From contig JASGIU010000002.1 of assembly GCA_047601605.1 (NCBI GenBank), positions 1,688,370 through 1,752,369 of the forward strand: a stretch of 64,000 nucleotides of DNA, given 5' to 3'. Below the pieces are notes generated by a model. It saw only the letters and a list, made by a program, of their open reading frames with translations, was not told the DNA's origin and ran no database searches. This document shows, one piece after another, positions 19,257 to 28,953 of the stretch. The stretch comes from Niabella sp. GTDB lineage: Bacteria > Bacteroidota > Bacteroidia > Chitinophagales > Chitinophagaceae. The position numbers and the translations under genes are program-made. Positions within the stretch are counted from its first letter, which is position 1; every line of letters begins with the position of its first letter.

Positions 19257-20801
19257 ATGTTAAAAACAATCTGTTTACCGGGCATTTTATTACTGCTTGC
19301 CTCTTTATATAAACCTTGCACGGGTCAAAATGCTTATGTCCGCAGAGAGGGTTCTATATTAAGAGATAGTACCGGAAGAATGCTTATTCTAAGGGGTTTA
19401 AACTATGTAAACAAAGACCAAAAGAACAAATACCTTAACCTTATAAAAGATGAGGCATTTGTTAAGATGCGAAGCTGGGGGTACAATGCCGTTCGCATGG
19501 GCGTTAACTGGTCGGCACTGGAGCCATCGCCCGGCCAGTACAACAGCATTTATCTGCACGACCTGGACGAGCGCCTCCAATATGCCAAACAGCATGGCAT
19601 TTATGTAATACTGGATATGCACCAGGACTTGTTTAGCGAAAAGTTTGGAAACGGCGCTCCGCTATGGGCCACTTTAGATGAAGATAAACCTCACTATACA
19701 GGTGGTACCTGGAGCGATGCCTATTATATAAGCCCCGCGGTGCAAACTACTTTTGATAACTTCTGGAACAATACACCTGCATCAACCGGAACAGGCGTTC
19801 AGGATCACTATATAAAAACCTGGGCTATGCTGGCTGCGCGGTACCGGCATGATAAAAATATTGTCGGCTTTGATGTGATGAATGAACCTTTTATAGGGTC
19901 TGCTGTCAGGGAGGCGCTACAGGCAATGATAACAGAAGTGACAAAATTCCTCAATCAAAAAAATACCGGGAAGACATACACTGTGGAAGAAGTAGCTGCT
20001 ATGTGGATGGATGAAAAAGGCAAAAGCTTTATTCTAAAAACATTATCAGGTAAGGAGGTTTTTATTAGTGCGCTACAACAAATGGAACCCACCTATCGCT
20101 TTTTTGAAGAAAACAGACTATTACCGTTTTACAGGAAACTTGCGGTTGCTATTCGTAAAGTGAACAAAGAGCATATCTTGTTTTGGGAGCCCAGCGTTTC
20201 CAGCAACAATGGTATTCCGTCTTATTTATCTCCTGTACCAGAGGCTGGAAGTCAGCAGGGTTATATGCCGCATTTTTATGATATTGTTTTAGATACTGAC
20301 CAGGCAGGAGAAGCAGATCCCGATCGTCTCTCCTATATGTTTACACAGCTTCGTTACACCATGCAAAAACTACAGTTGCCCACACTTATTGGAGAATGGG
20401 GCGCTTTTTACGGTGGAGACCAGCATGTAATAGGTGCAGCAACAATAATGGCTGCAGGGATAGACTCACTTCTGACAGGTGATTTTTATTGGGACTACTT
20501 TAACGGACTTGAAAACCAAGCTTATTTTAAAGAAGTATTACAGCGACCCTATACGCAGGTAGCAGCAGGTAAAATAATAAAGCAGGTAGCCGGAAAAAAA
20601 TCACTATTGCTCACCTGGCAGGAAGATGGGGTCATAAAGGCCGACAATATAATATTTGTTCCGGCCTCAAAAGATCTAAAAATAATGGGGAAGGCAAGAT
20701 ACAGCAAGCTTCAGCTGAATAACGGAGGCGGATGCCTGCTGAGAATAGCTCCTCTCAGAAGGCCCAGTACCCGTACAATAAAGATTTACTGGAAAAAATA
20801 A
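19257..20801 (+). CDS. GH5 endoglycoceramidase-like glycoside hydrolase
   Basis: Signal peptide, LDMHQD..S..GNGAPLWA, AVQTTFDNFW, acid/base NEP, nucleophile GEWG, and RPY..AAG start of the EGCase-type C-terminal domain. Confidence 0.8.
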   Translation: MLKTICLPGILLLLASLYKPCTGQNAYVRREGSILRDSTGRMLILRGLNYVNKDQKNKYLNLIKDEAFVKMRSWGYNAVRMGVNWSALEPSPGQYNSIYLHDLDERLQYAKQHGIYVILDMHQDLFSEKFGNGAPLWATLDEDKPHYTGGTWSDAYYISPAVQTTFDNFWNNTPASTGTGVQDHYIKTWAMLAARYRHDKNIVGFDVMNEPFIGSAVREALQAMITEVTKFLNQKNTGKTYTVEEVAAMWMDEKGKSFILKTLSGKEVFISALQQMEPTYRFFEENRLLPFYRKLAVAIRKVNKEHILFWEPSVSSNNGIPSYLSPVPEAGSQQGYMPHFYDIVLDTDQAGEADPDRLSYMFTQLRYTMQKLQLPTLIGEWGAFYGGDQHVIGAATIMAAGIDSLLTGDFYWDYFNGLENQAYFKEVLQRPYTQVAAGKIIKQVAGKKSLLLTWQEDGVIKADNIIFVPASKDLKIMGKARYSKLQLNNGGGCLLRIAPLRRPSTRTIKIYWKK

Positions 20802-21068
20802 TTATATAAACACAACAACTTTTTGAGTGGATAATACAAAAACAATGAGCTAATTGTTACAATATAAGCCTTCTATTTAGCTCACCACAGTATCTCTTTT
20901 ATCTGGATTTCCATTTCACAGATATAAACTTCTTAACAGAAACATTTTCCAACTATTTAAAAATAAATATGATAGAAATAGATTCTACTACTTTTAAAGC
21001 AATTTAGTTTTGAGCCGAGGGTTCAAACACAATGAGCTATTATTTAAAAAATATTTTGATGTCAAAAT

Positions 21069-21167
21069 ATACTTTTAGCTTATTAATTCACTAAATAAGC
21101 CATATGGTATGAAAAAACTATTCCTCGTACTGCTTTTAGGAGCTATTTGCCATTTTACATGGGCACA
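21069..21167 (+). repeat. Copy 2 of the 99-bp direct repeat (susC leader plus signal-peptide codons)
   Basis: Offset 7797 bp from copy 1, with 10 mismatches. Confidence 0.9.
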
Positions 21168-24141
21168 AGAAACGATTCCTGTTAAAGGAACTGTCAGGGA
21201 CAAAGACAATAACCCTCTTTCCGGCGTATCGGTAACTATTAAAGAAACAACTACCGGAACCGTATCGGCCGATGATGGAACATTTGCGCTGAACGTTGCC
21301 AAAGGTCAGGTACTTGTATTTTCCTATGCAGGGAAACAGACAACCGAAGTTCCCATTAACAACAACAGGGACCTTACAATCACTCTTATTGACAAAGATG
21401 AGGGCATGGATGAGGTTGTTGTGATTGGCTACGGTACCATCAGGAAAAAAGACCTGACAGGCGCTGTTGCTTCTGTAACAGGAAAAGACCTGCAGGCGAA
21501 CCTGGCCAAAACAGTTGCCGGAGCACTGCAAGGCCGCGTGGCCGGTGTTACCGTAACCAGTGTAGGCGGTCAGCCGGGAAGCGGCATGAACATCAACATC
21601 CGCGGTTTAAGCTCATTAGGCTCTAACACTCCTCTATATATTATAGACGGTGTTTATGGAGATATCAACATGGTAGATCCTGCAGATATAGCATTGGTAG
21701 AAGTTTTAAAAGACGCTTCTGCAGCAGCTATCTATGGTTCCCGTGCTGCGAATGGTGTGGTAATCATTACCACTAAAGGCGGCAAAAAAGGAATGCCTGC
21801 CTCAGTTAATATTAACGCTTATACAGGCGTACAAAGCATTACCAGGAAGCTGGATGTAATGAATGCACAACAGTGGAAAACTATTATGAAAGAATCCGGC
21901 TACTTACCGGATCAGGCAGCTAATTACACAGGAAATGGAACCAACTGGCAGGATGAAATTTACGTAAACGCACCTGTCAGTAAAATTAATGCAGATATAT
22001 CAGGTGGTGGCGACCAATCCACATACAGCGTGTCGGCAGGCTATATTGACCAGTTGGGTATTTTAATGACTACCGGATACAAGGCATTTAATATCCGTGC
22101 AAAAAATACATTTAATTTCTTCAACAATCATTTCCGTTTGGGTAATACATTCCTGGTAAAATCGGGGGACAGGAAATACAGCGACTTCACTATTACAGAT
22201 GCTTTGCGCCAAAACCCGATGATCCCTGTATTAGATCCCAACCAGTTAGGAGGCTATGCGCCCTGGCAGCCGTGGATGAAAAACCTGGATAACCCTGTTG
22301 GCTACTTAAAATTACACAATACCCATGTATACCAGACTGATATACTGGTGAATGGATTTGCAGAAGTTGACCTGTTTGTAAAAGGGTTGAAATATAGGTT
22401 CAACTTAGGCATCAACAGAACAAATGGCAGAAACTACAATTATAATGATCCCTATAATTTTGGTTCGGGCATTACTAAATCTTTTTTATCTGAAAACGCG
22501 TTTTTCAACAACCAGTGGTTAGCCGAAAATACCATTCATTATGATAACACATTTAATAAACACACCGTTTCATTTTTAGCCGGTTATTCGGCACAGGAAA
22601 ACAGTAACAGAGGTTTTGGCGCCAGCCGTAATGATCTGCCTTTTGGAACCAATTCCATCGGTGCAGGTTCTCCTACCGAGCAAAAAACATCCGGTGAATT
22701 ACAGGAGTCTTCTTTGGTTTCTGCTTTTTCACGTTTAATGTATAGCTATGATTCCCGTTACTTATTAACAGCTTCGGTACGTCGCGATGGCTCTTCCCGT
22801 TTTGCCGATGGTAATCGTTATGGCGTATTTCCATCCATAGCCGTGGGTTGGAATATCATGAATGAAAAATTCTTTGCTAATGCAAAAGATAAGATCAACG
22901 AATTAAAATTACGTGCCAGCTGGGGTAAATTAGGGAACCAGGAAATTGGTAATTATCCTACTCAAAGCACAGCGTCTACTGGTATTAACTATCTGCAAGG
23001 TGCCAGCAACAGTGAAGTTTGGTGGCAAGGTGCTATTACCGGCGCCAATTGGGTATCTCCTAAATACCTTACCTGGGAAGAAACCGTTACCAGCAACGTG
23101 GGTATTGATCTGGCCTTCCTGAAAAAGAAGCTTACTGTCAGCGCAGATTACTTCGTAAGAGAAACCCGCAATGTCCTTTTAAGTATCAATATGCCGCCAT
23201 CCGCAGGTTTGAGCGGAGCCCCCACAATGAACGCCGGCACAATTGAGAACAAAGGTTTTGAGTTTTTGGCAACCTACAGAAACGCTATCGGTGAATTAAA
23301 CTATAACATTGGCGTTAATGCTTCTTCTGTTAAAAACAATGTAAAAGCAGTAACGGTAGGTAATGTACAGGAGTTTGGCGGTTACAATCCGCAAAGTGAG
23401 GGCACTATAACCTGGGCTAAAGTAGGTTATCCTATCGGCGGCTTTTGGGCAATCAGAACCGATGGGATTTTCCAATCTGACGCCGAAGTACAGGCCTATA
23501 AAAACGCTAACGGTCAGGTAATACAGCCTGATGCTAATGCTGGTGACATCAAATTCATTGATTTTAATGGTGATGGAAAAATTGCAGATGACGACGCACA
23601 ATACCTGGGTAGTCCATTCCCTAAAATGGCTTACGGTATCAGAGCCGGATTTGACTATAAAGGAATCGATCTGGGTATCTTTTTTGATGGGGTGTATGGT
23701 AATAAAATCTATAACTATACCAGGGCCAGAATGGAATCTACCAATGAGATCATCAACTTCTCTACCAGCCTGCTAAACTCCTGGACCCCGTCTAATACCA
23801 ACACCGATTTACCGCGCTTTACACAACAGGATCCCAATAAAAACTTCCGCCGTGTAAGTGAGCGCTGGATAGAAGACGGATCTTTCTTCCGTTTGAAAAC
23901 GCTTGAAGTTGGTTATACATTACCTCAGCACATCACAAGTCTTGCAAGATTAAAAACCAGCAGAATTTATGTAGCAGGCGACAACTTGTTTACCGCCACC
24001 AGATATAAAGGATATACTCCGGATCTTGGACAGAATGATGAACAAAATGGCGGTGGTTCGGGTACGTTAACCAGAGGTACAGATCATGGCCGTTTCCCTA
24101 TTGCAAGAACTATAATTGTTGGGTTACAGGTTAACTTCTAA
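21109..24141 (+). CDS. susC: SusC/RagA TonB-dependent transporter 2
   Basis: EVVVIGYG, VLKDASAAAIYGSRAANGV, RRDGSSRF and C-terminal FPIARTIIVGLQVNF. Confidence 0.97.
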   Translation: MKKLFLVLLLGAICHFTWAQETIPVKGTVRDKDNNPLSGVSVTIKETTTGTVSADDGTFALNVAKGQVLVFSYAGKQTTEVPINNNRDLTITLIDKDEGMDEVVVIGYGTIRKKDLTGAVASVTGKDLQANLAKTVAGALQGRVAGVTVTSVGGQPGSGMNINIRGLSSLGSNTPLYIIDGVYGDINMVDPADIALVEVLKDASAAAIYGSRAANGVVIITTKGGKKGMPASVNINAYTGVQSITRKLDVMNAQQWKTIMKESGYLPDQAANYTGNGTNWQDEIYVNAPVSKINADISGGGDQSTYSVSAGYIDQLGILMTTGYKAFNIRAKNTFNFFNNHFRLGNTFLVKSGDRKYSDFTITDALRQNPMIPVLDPNQLGGYAPWQPWMKNLDNPVGYLKLHNTHVYQTDILVNGFAEVDLFVKGLKYRFNLGINRTNGRNYNYNDPYNFGSGITKSFLSENAFFNNQWLAENTIHYDNTFNKHTVSFLAGYSAQENSNRGFGASRNDLPFGTNSIGAGSPTEQKTSGELQESSLVSAFSRLMYSYDSRYLLTASVRRDGSSRFADGNRYGVFPSIAVGWNIMNEKFFANAKDKINELKLRASWGKLGNQEIGNYPTQSTASTGINYLQGASNSEVWWQGAITGANWVSPKYLTWEETVTSNVGIDLAFLKKKLTVSADYFVRETRNVLLSINMPPSAGLSGAPTMNAGTIENKGFEFLATYRNAIGELNYNIGVNASSVKNNVKAVTVGNVQEFGGYNPQSEGTITWAKVGYPIGGFWAIRTDGIFQSDAEVQAYKNANGQVIQPDANAGDIKFIDFNGDGKIADDDAQYLGSPFPKMAYGIRAGFDYKGIDLGIFFDGVYGNKIYNYTRARMESTNEIINFSTSLLNSWTPSNTNTDLPRFTQQDPNKNFRRVSERWIEDGSFFRLKTLEVGYTLPQHITSLARLKTSRIYVAGDNLFTATRYKGYTPDLGQNDEQNGGGSGTLTRGTDHGRFPIARTIIVGLQVNF

Positions 24142-24196
24142 GATAATTAAAGAATAACACTCTTTACATTTTATTGATCTAAAAAACGATATTTAA

Positions 24197-25822
24197 ATGA
24201 AAACGTCTATAAAAAAATTATCAGTAGTTGCAGCCGCCGCACTTCTCATGAGCGGGTGTAGTAAAGATTTTTTAAATAAAATAAACCCCAACGCTCCGGT
24301 AGAACAAACATTCTGGACAACAGAGGCCAATGCTGTTTCCGCTATTCCTACAATTTATGCGTCCATCCGCGGTCAGATGTATGGCTATTACGGCGCTTAT
24401 ACAGGATGGCACACAATGAACAGGGCAGATGATGTCTGGTTTATTTTAGGAGAGGAAGTATTGAACTGGGAGCCGGCAACATTCACCAATACGCCCAGCA
24501 CTGCCGAAAGTGATTTCGGCAGACTATATACCGGGGTAAACCGTGCCAATGTATTTTTAAAAAATATCGGTAACGTAAACATGGATGCAACTAAAAAGAA
24601 TGAGCTGATTGGCGAAGCCAGCTTTTTAAGAGGGATGTACTATCTCTTATTGGCATCTAATTTTGGTGATGTTCCCCTTAGGTTAATACCTGCGGGCGAT
24701 GAAGCGGATGGTACCATGAAAGAATCGTCGCCCGAAGCCGATGTCTGGAAACAGGTTATTGCAGATTTTACTACTGCCAAAAACTACTTGCCCTTAAGTC
24801 GTTCTGAGGCAGAAGCCGGCAGGGCTACAAAAGGCGCTGCTATTGCGTTCTTAGGTAAAGCCTTGGTTTATACAAAAGACTACCAAAATGCGGAAAAGGA
24901 ATTAGCAGCTCTTTTAACGGCTCCTTATACTTACGACCTGGTGGATAACTTTGAAGACAACTTTAAAGAAACAACAGAGCTGAATAAGGAATCTGTTTTT
25001 GAAATCATGTATAACGGTAAATTCTCTAATGGCGGCACCTGGGGTAATGACGGAAGTACTACACAGGGTTTTGTAATACCCAACTTTGCCGGATCGGCAG
25101 GTACCGGCGGTTGGTTTAAATGGATGCCTTCGGCTTCTATTGTCAGGGATTTTATTGCCGAAGAGCGTCCGGCAGGCTCTGATACCCGTTTCGACAAAAG
25201 AATGTACACCAGCTTTTTCTGGAAACATTCCGATTTTGAAAGCAATGTTGCAGACGGAGCATGGTTTGGTAACCAGTCTTTTGATGAAATGTGGGAGAAC
25301 GCTTCAGGTAAACGTCAGCGTGGTGAACCGGACTATCCTACCATTAACGGCAAAAAAGGAAGGTTCCTCATTAAAAAATATACCAATTTCTACAAAAACG
25401 TTGCGGATGCCAATAGTATGTACGACCAGTCCAATCAGAACAACAATTTACGTATGTTCCGCTTCTCTGAAGTATTGCTGTTACACGCCGAAGCGGCTAT
25501 CAAAAACGGGAACCTGGGTACAGCTGCAGCCGATTTAAAGCGTATCAGGGTTCGCGCAGGTTTAAATCCCAACAAAACCTGGAGTGGCCCCGACGCGATG
25601 ATGGACGAAGTTATAAAGCAAAATGAACTGGAGTTTTTCTTTGAAGGGCATCGTTTCTTTGATTTGAAACGCACTTACCCTTACGCCCAAATGAAACAAA
25701 TTTTTGTGGACAACAAAAAACAAGGCGCGGAAAACTTCCAGCAAAAGCATTATTATTTGCCCATTCCTCAGTCAGAGATCAACGCGAATACTAAAATCCA
25801 ACAAAACCCATTATGGAAATAA
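24197..25822 (+). CDS. susD: SusD/RagB lipoprotein 2
   Basis: Lipobox MSGC, RFSEVLLLHAEA, LEFFFEGHRFFDL and YLPIPQSEI. Confidence 0.96.
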   Translation: MKTSIKKLSVVAAAALLMSGCSKDFLNKINPNAPVEQTFWTTEANAVSAIPTIYASIRGQMYGYYGAYTGWHTMNRADDVWFILGEEVLNWEPATFTNTPSTAESDFGRLYTGVNRANVFLKNIGNVNMDATKKNELIGEASFLRGMYYLLLASNFGDVPLRLIPAGDEADGTMKESSPEADVWKQVIADFTTAKNYLPLSRSEAEAGRATKGAAIAFLGKALVYTKDYQNAEKELAALLTAPYTYDLVDNFEDNFKETTELNKESVFEIMYNGKFSNGGTWGNDGSTTQGFVIPNFAGSAGTGGWFKWMPSASIVRDFIAEERPAGSDTRFDKRMYTSFFWKHSDFESNVADGAWFGNQSFDEMWENASGKRQRGEPDYPTINGKKGRFLIKKYTNFYKNVADANSMYDQSNQNNNLRMFRFSEVLLLHAEAAIKNGNLGTAAADLKRIRVRAGLNPNKTWSGPDAMMDEVIKQNELEFFFEGHRFFDLKRTYPYAQMKQIFVDNKKQGAENFQQKHYYLPIPQSEINANTKIQQNPLWK

Positions 25823-27642
25823 TACTTCGGGCAGAAGCGATTATTTTAAGATATATAAAACTACCGGGCATTTTATTATGCCTGGTAGTTTTAATTCATT
25901 CCTGCTCGCGTACAGATGCGTTGCCTTCACAAATACCATCCAGATCATCTTTACAGCAAATGGCCGACAATGGGAGTCTCTTAAACCATATTTCACAAAA
26001 CGGATCCGTTTATACTTTTAGTTTTGAAACCGGCGATCTGCAAGTGCCATTGAACGAAATAAAGAAGATCACTGAAGCGCCCGAACGCTGGAAGACCATG
26101 CTCACTTTCAGCGATGGCTCAACACTTGTTATTCCTTCAAAAGGTGGCTCGCTGGATTTTATTGTTGAAGATATAAAGCTGAACCCATCCGGGTACAATC
26201 CGCTCGCGGCAATGGTTTACGTGTATCTCCCCGCCTCAGGCCGGGTAAAGGTAACGGTGCACGGTAAAAATGGCGAAACAGGCGCCATTACTCACTTATG
26301 CCATGAAAAAACGGAGCGGCAGGGTGTTCCTGTCTTCGGGCTATACGCTGATTACGATAATAAAGTCGACCTCACTTTTACCGATAAAAACGGTAATGAA
26401 AGAGGTTCCACGCAAATACATATTCGTACAGAGCCCCTGCCTGTAACAGGTTTTCCGGTTATTAAAGTGATCAGCAGCCAACCCAAAAAGATGGAACCGG
26501 GCATGAACCTGATCGGTTATCCGGGCATGAGCGAGCTGGATGTTTCCTTACCCTACTTCGTGGATGCAGAAGGAAACATTCGCTGGATCCTGCTTCTGAA
26601 ATCGTCTCCGGAGCTTCAGAAACTATCATCTTCCGTAGGATTTAAAAGAACAAAAAAAGGTACATTTATTACAGGAGACCAGTCGCAGGCCAGGATCGTT
26701 GAAATAGACATGTTTGGAAACCTGCTCCGGCAATGGGATTTAAAAAAATCAGGATATGCATTTCACCATGAAGTAACCGAAAGCAAAAACGGGAATTACC
26801 TGGTTACTGTTACTAAATCTTCAGCACGGTTAACCGATGGAAAGCCCAGGATCTATGACTTTATTATAGAACTCAACCCCTTTGACAATTCAATTGTGAA
26901 AGAGTGGGATCTGGCAACCATGGTGGATACCACGCGCTACATAAAATCCGGCGAAAGTGACCTGCCGCCTGAATATGCCCAAAACCCTACCAATTGGGCG
27001 CATAACAATGCCATTACGGAAATAGGCGACGACCTGTTGGCAACTTTGCGATTTCAGGGGATCATTAGCTATACCCGTTCCGGTAACCTGCGATGGATCA
27101 TATCGCCTCATAAAGATTGGGGCGCTAAATACAGACCATACCTCCTAAATCCGGTTGACGAAAAAGGGAATGCGGTTACCGACCCCGCCGTGATAAACGG
27201 AGATGCCGCAACCGAAGGTTTCGACTGGCCCTGGGGAATGCATTCACCCGTAGTTTTACCTGATAACAATATCCTTGTCTTTGACAATGGCTATAACCGC
27301 AACTGGATAGCCAATTCCAAGAGAGACAAAAATTATAGCAGGATTGTTGAATATAAGATCAGTGAAAGCAACCGAACAGTTCAGCAGGTGTGGAGTTATG
27401 GCAAAGAACTGGGGGCCGGCGGGTTTTCTTCGGCTCTATCCGGAGTACAATACCTTACGGTTACAAACAATGTACTGTTTTGTCCGGGTATGGGTGTGCC
27501 TACATCCATCGGCACAGGGGGCAAAGTAATTGAAATAGATCTTCAGACAAAAGAAGTTATTTTTGAAATGGAAATAGCAACACCAAGCGGTACTGCATTT
27601 CACAGGGTAACACGTCTGCCATTATATCCAGACTCAATTTAA
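25813..27642 (+). CDS. assT: Aryl-sulfate sulfotransferase (ASST) lipoprotein
   Basis: Lipobox IHSC, Ig-like NPSGYNPL/PVFGLYADY region, and catalytic-type FHHE, WAHNN, TLR and WGMH. Overlaps the susD2 stop by 10 nt. Confidence 0.82.
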   Translation: MEIILRAEAIILRYIKLPGILLCLVVLIHSCSRTDALPSQIPSRSSLQQMADNGSLLNHISQNGSVYTFSFETGDLQVPLNEIKKITEAPERWKTMLTFSDGSTLVIPSKGGSLDFIVEDIKLNPSGYNPLAAMVYVYLPASGRVKVTVHGKNGETGAITHLCHEKTERQGVPVFGLYADYDNKVDLTFTDKNGNERGSTQIHIRTEPLPVTGFPVIKVISSQPKKMEPGMNLIGYPGMSELDVSLPYFVDAEGNIRWILLLKSSPELQKLSSSVGFKRTKKGTFITGDQSQARIVEIDMFGNLLRQWDLKKSGYAFHHEVTESKNGNYLVTVTKSSARLTDGKPRIYDFIIELNPFDNSIVKEWDLATMVDTTRYIKSGESDLPPEYAQNPTNWAHNNAITEIGDDLLATLRFQGIISYTRSGNLRWIISPHKDWGAKYRPYLLNPVDEKGNAVTDPAVINGDAATEGFDWPWGMHSPVVLPDNNILVFDNGYNRNWIANSKRDKNYSRIVEYKISESNRTVQQVWSYGKELGAGGFSSALSGVQYLTVTNNVLFCPGMGVPTSIGTGGKVIEIDLQTKEVIFEMEIATPSGTAFHRVTRLPLYPDSI

Positions 27643-27661
27643 TATATTAATACAGGTAATT

Positions 27662-28846
27662 ATGAACGGTACATTTCAGAAAAAATTAGAAGAACTTACA
27701 CAGTCGTACAACCAGCTAATTGCTGCGCCCAATTCACCATCCGGTCAGTATAATGGTCTTGTTCAGCGGTTTCAAAACCCCATCCTTACAGCCAGCCATG
27801 TTCCCCTGTCCTGGCGGTATGATCTTGACCCCGAAACGAACCCGTTTTTAATGGAACGTTTTGGTATCAATGCGGTTTTTAATGCCGGCGCCATTAAATG
27901 GAAAGGTAAGTACCTGGTAATAGCACGGGTGGAAGGCTATGACCGGAAATCATTCTTCGCCATTGCTGAAAGTCCCAACGGGATTGATCATTTTACCTTT
28001 TGGGAGTATCCTGTTCAACTTCCTGAGATAGATGAAAAAGAGACCAACGTATATGACATGCGTTTAACAGCACATGAAGACGGATGGATATACGGATTGT
28101 TTTGTTCTGAAAGCAAAAGTCCTGATGCATTGCCGGGCGACCTGTCCAGCTCAAGAGCTGACACAGGTATTGTAAGAACAAAAGACCTCATTAATTGGGA
28201 AAGACTTCCCAACCTTGTGGCCTCCAGCCATCAAAGGAACGTGGTGCTGCACCCCGAATTCATGAACGGAAAATATGCTTTGTATACCCGCCCGCAGGAT
28301 GGTTTCATTAATGCAGGAAAAGGAGGCGGCATCAGCTGGGCGTTAATTGATGACATGAGAAATGCAATAGTGGAAAAAGAAACATTAATTGACGAAAGGC
28401 TTTATCATACCATTAAGGAAGCCAAGAACGGGGAAGGTCCGCATCCCATTAAAACAAAGAAAGGGTGGCTGCACCTGGCACATGGTGTAAGAGAATGTGC
28501 CGCGGGACTGCGCTATGTGCTGTATTTATACCTGACAGACCTGAAAGAGCCGCAAAAAATCATAGCCAGTCCTGCAGGATATTTCATGGCGCCTCTTGGC
28601 AAAGAGCGGGTTGGCGATGTATCGAATGTACTGTTTTCAAACGGCTGGATCTGCGATGATGATGGTACTGTTTATATTTACTACGCTTCAAGCGATACCC
28701 GCATGCACGTAGCTGTAACTTCGGTTGACCGACTGTTGGACTATTGCCTGAACACTCCCACAGATGGGCTGCGTTCGGCAGAGTCTGTGAAGCGCATTAC
28801 TGAGCTCATTAATAAAAATCAAAAGTTCCTGCAACAACATGTCTAA
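27662..28846 (+). CDS. mgp: GH130 4-O-beta-D-mannosyl-D-glucose phosphorylase
   Basis: WRYDL..ETNPFLMER, RVEGYDRKSFF, NVYDMR, YTRPQDG, HTIKEAKNGEGP and GDVSNV, as in the B. fragilis MGP subfamily. Confidence 0.92.
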   Translation: MNGTFQKKLEELTQSYNQLIAAPNSPSGQYNGLVQRFQNPILTASHVPLSWRYDLDPETNPFLMERFGINAVFNAGAIKWKGKYLVIARVEGYDRKSFFAIAESPNGIDHFTFWEYPVQLPEIDEKETNVYDMRLTAHEDGWIYGLFCSESKSPDALPGDLSSSRADTGIVRTKDLINWERLPNLVASSHQRNVVLHPEFMNGKYALYTRPQDGFINAGKGGGISWALIDDMRNAIVEKETLIDERLYHTIKEAKNGEGPHPIKTKKGWLHLAHGVRECAAGLRYVLYLYLTDLKEPQKIIASPAGYFMAPLGKERVGDVSNVLFSNGWICDDDGTVYIYYASSDTRMHVAVTSVDRLLDYCLNTPTDGLRSAESVKRITELINKNQKFLQQHV

Positions 28847-28953
28847 ACTTTTGCTATTTTACTTAATGGCAGGCAGATAGTGCATTGAAGTATCTAAAAC
28901 AACAATCATACACGCAAATAATAACAATTACGAAAGCATTAAAGCAAGTACAG

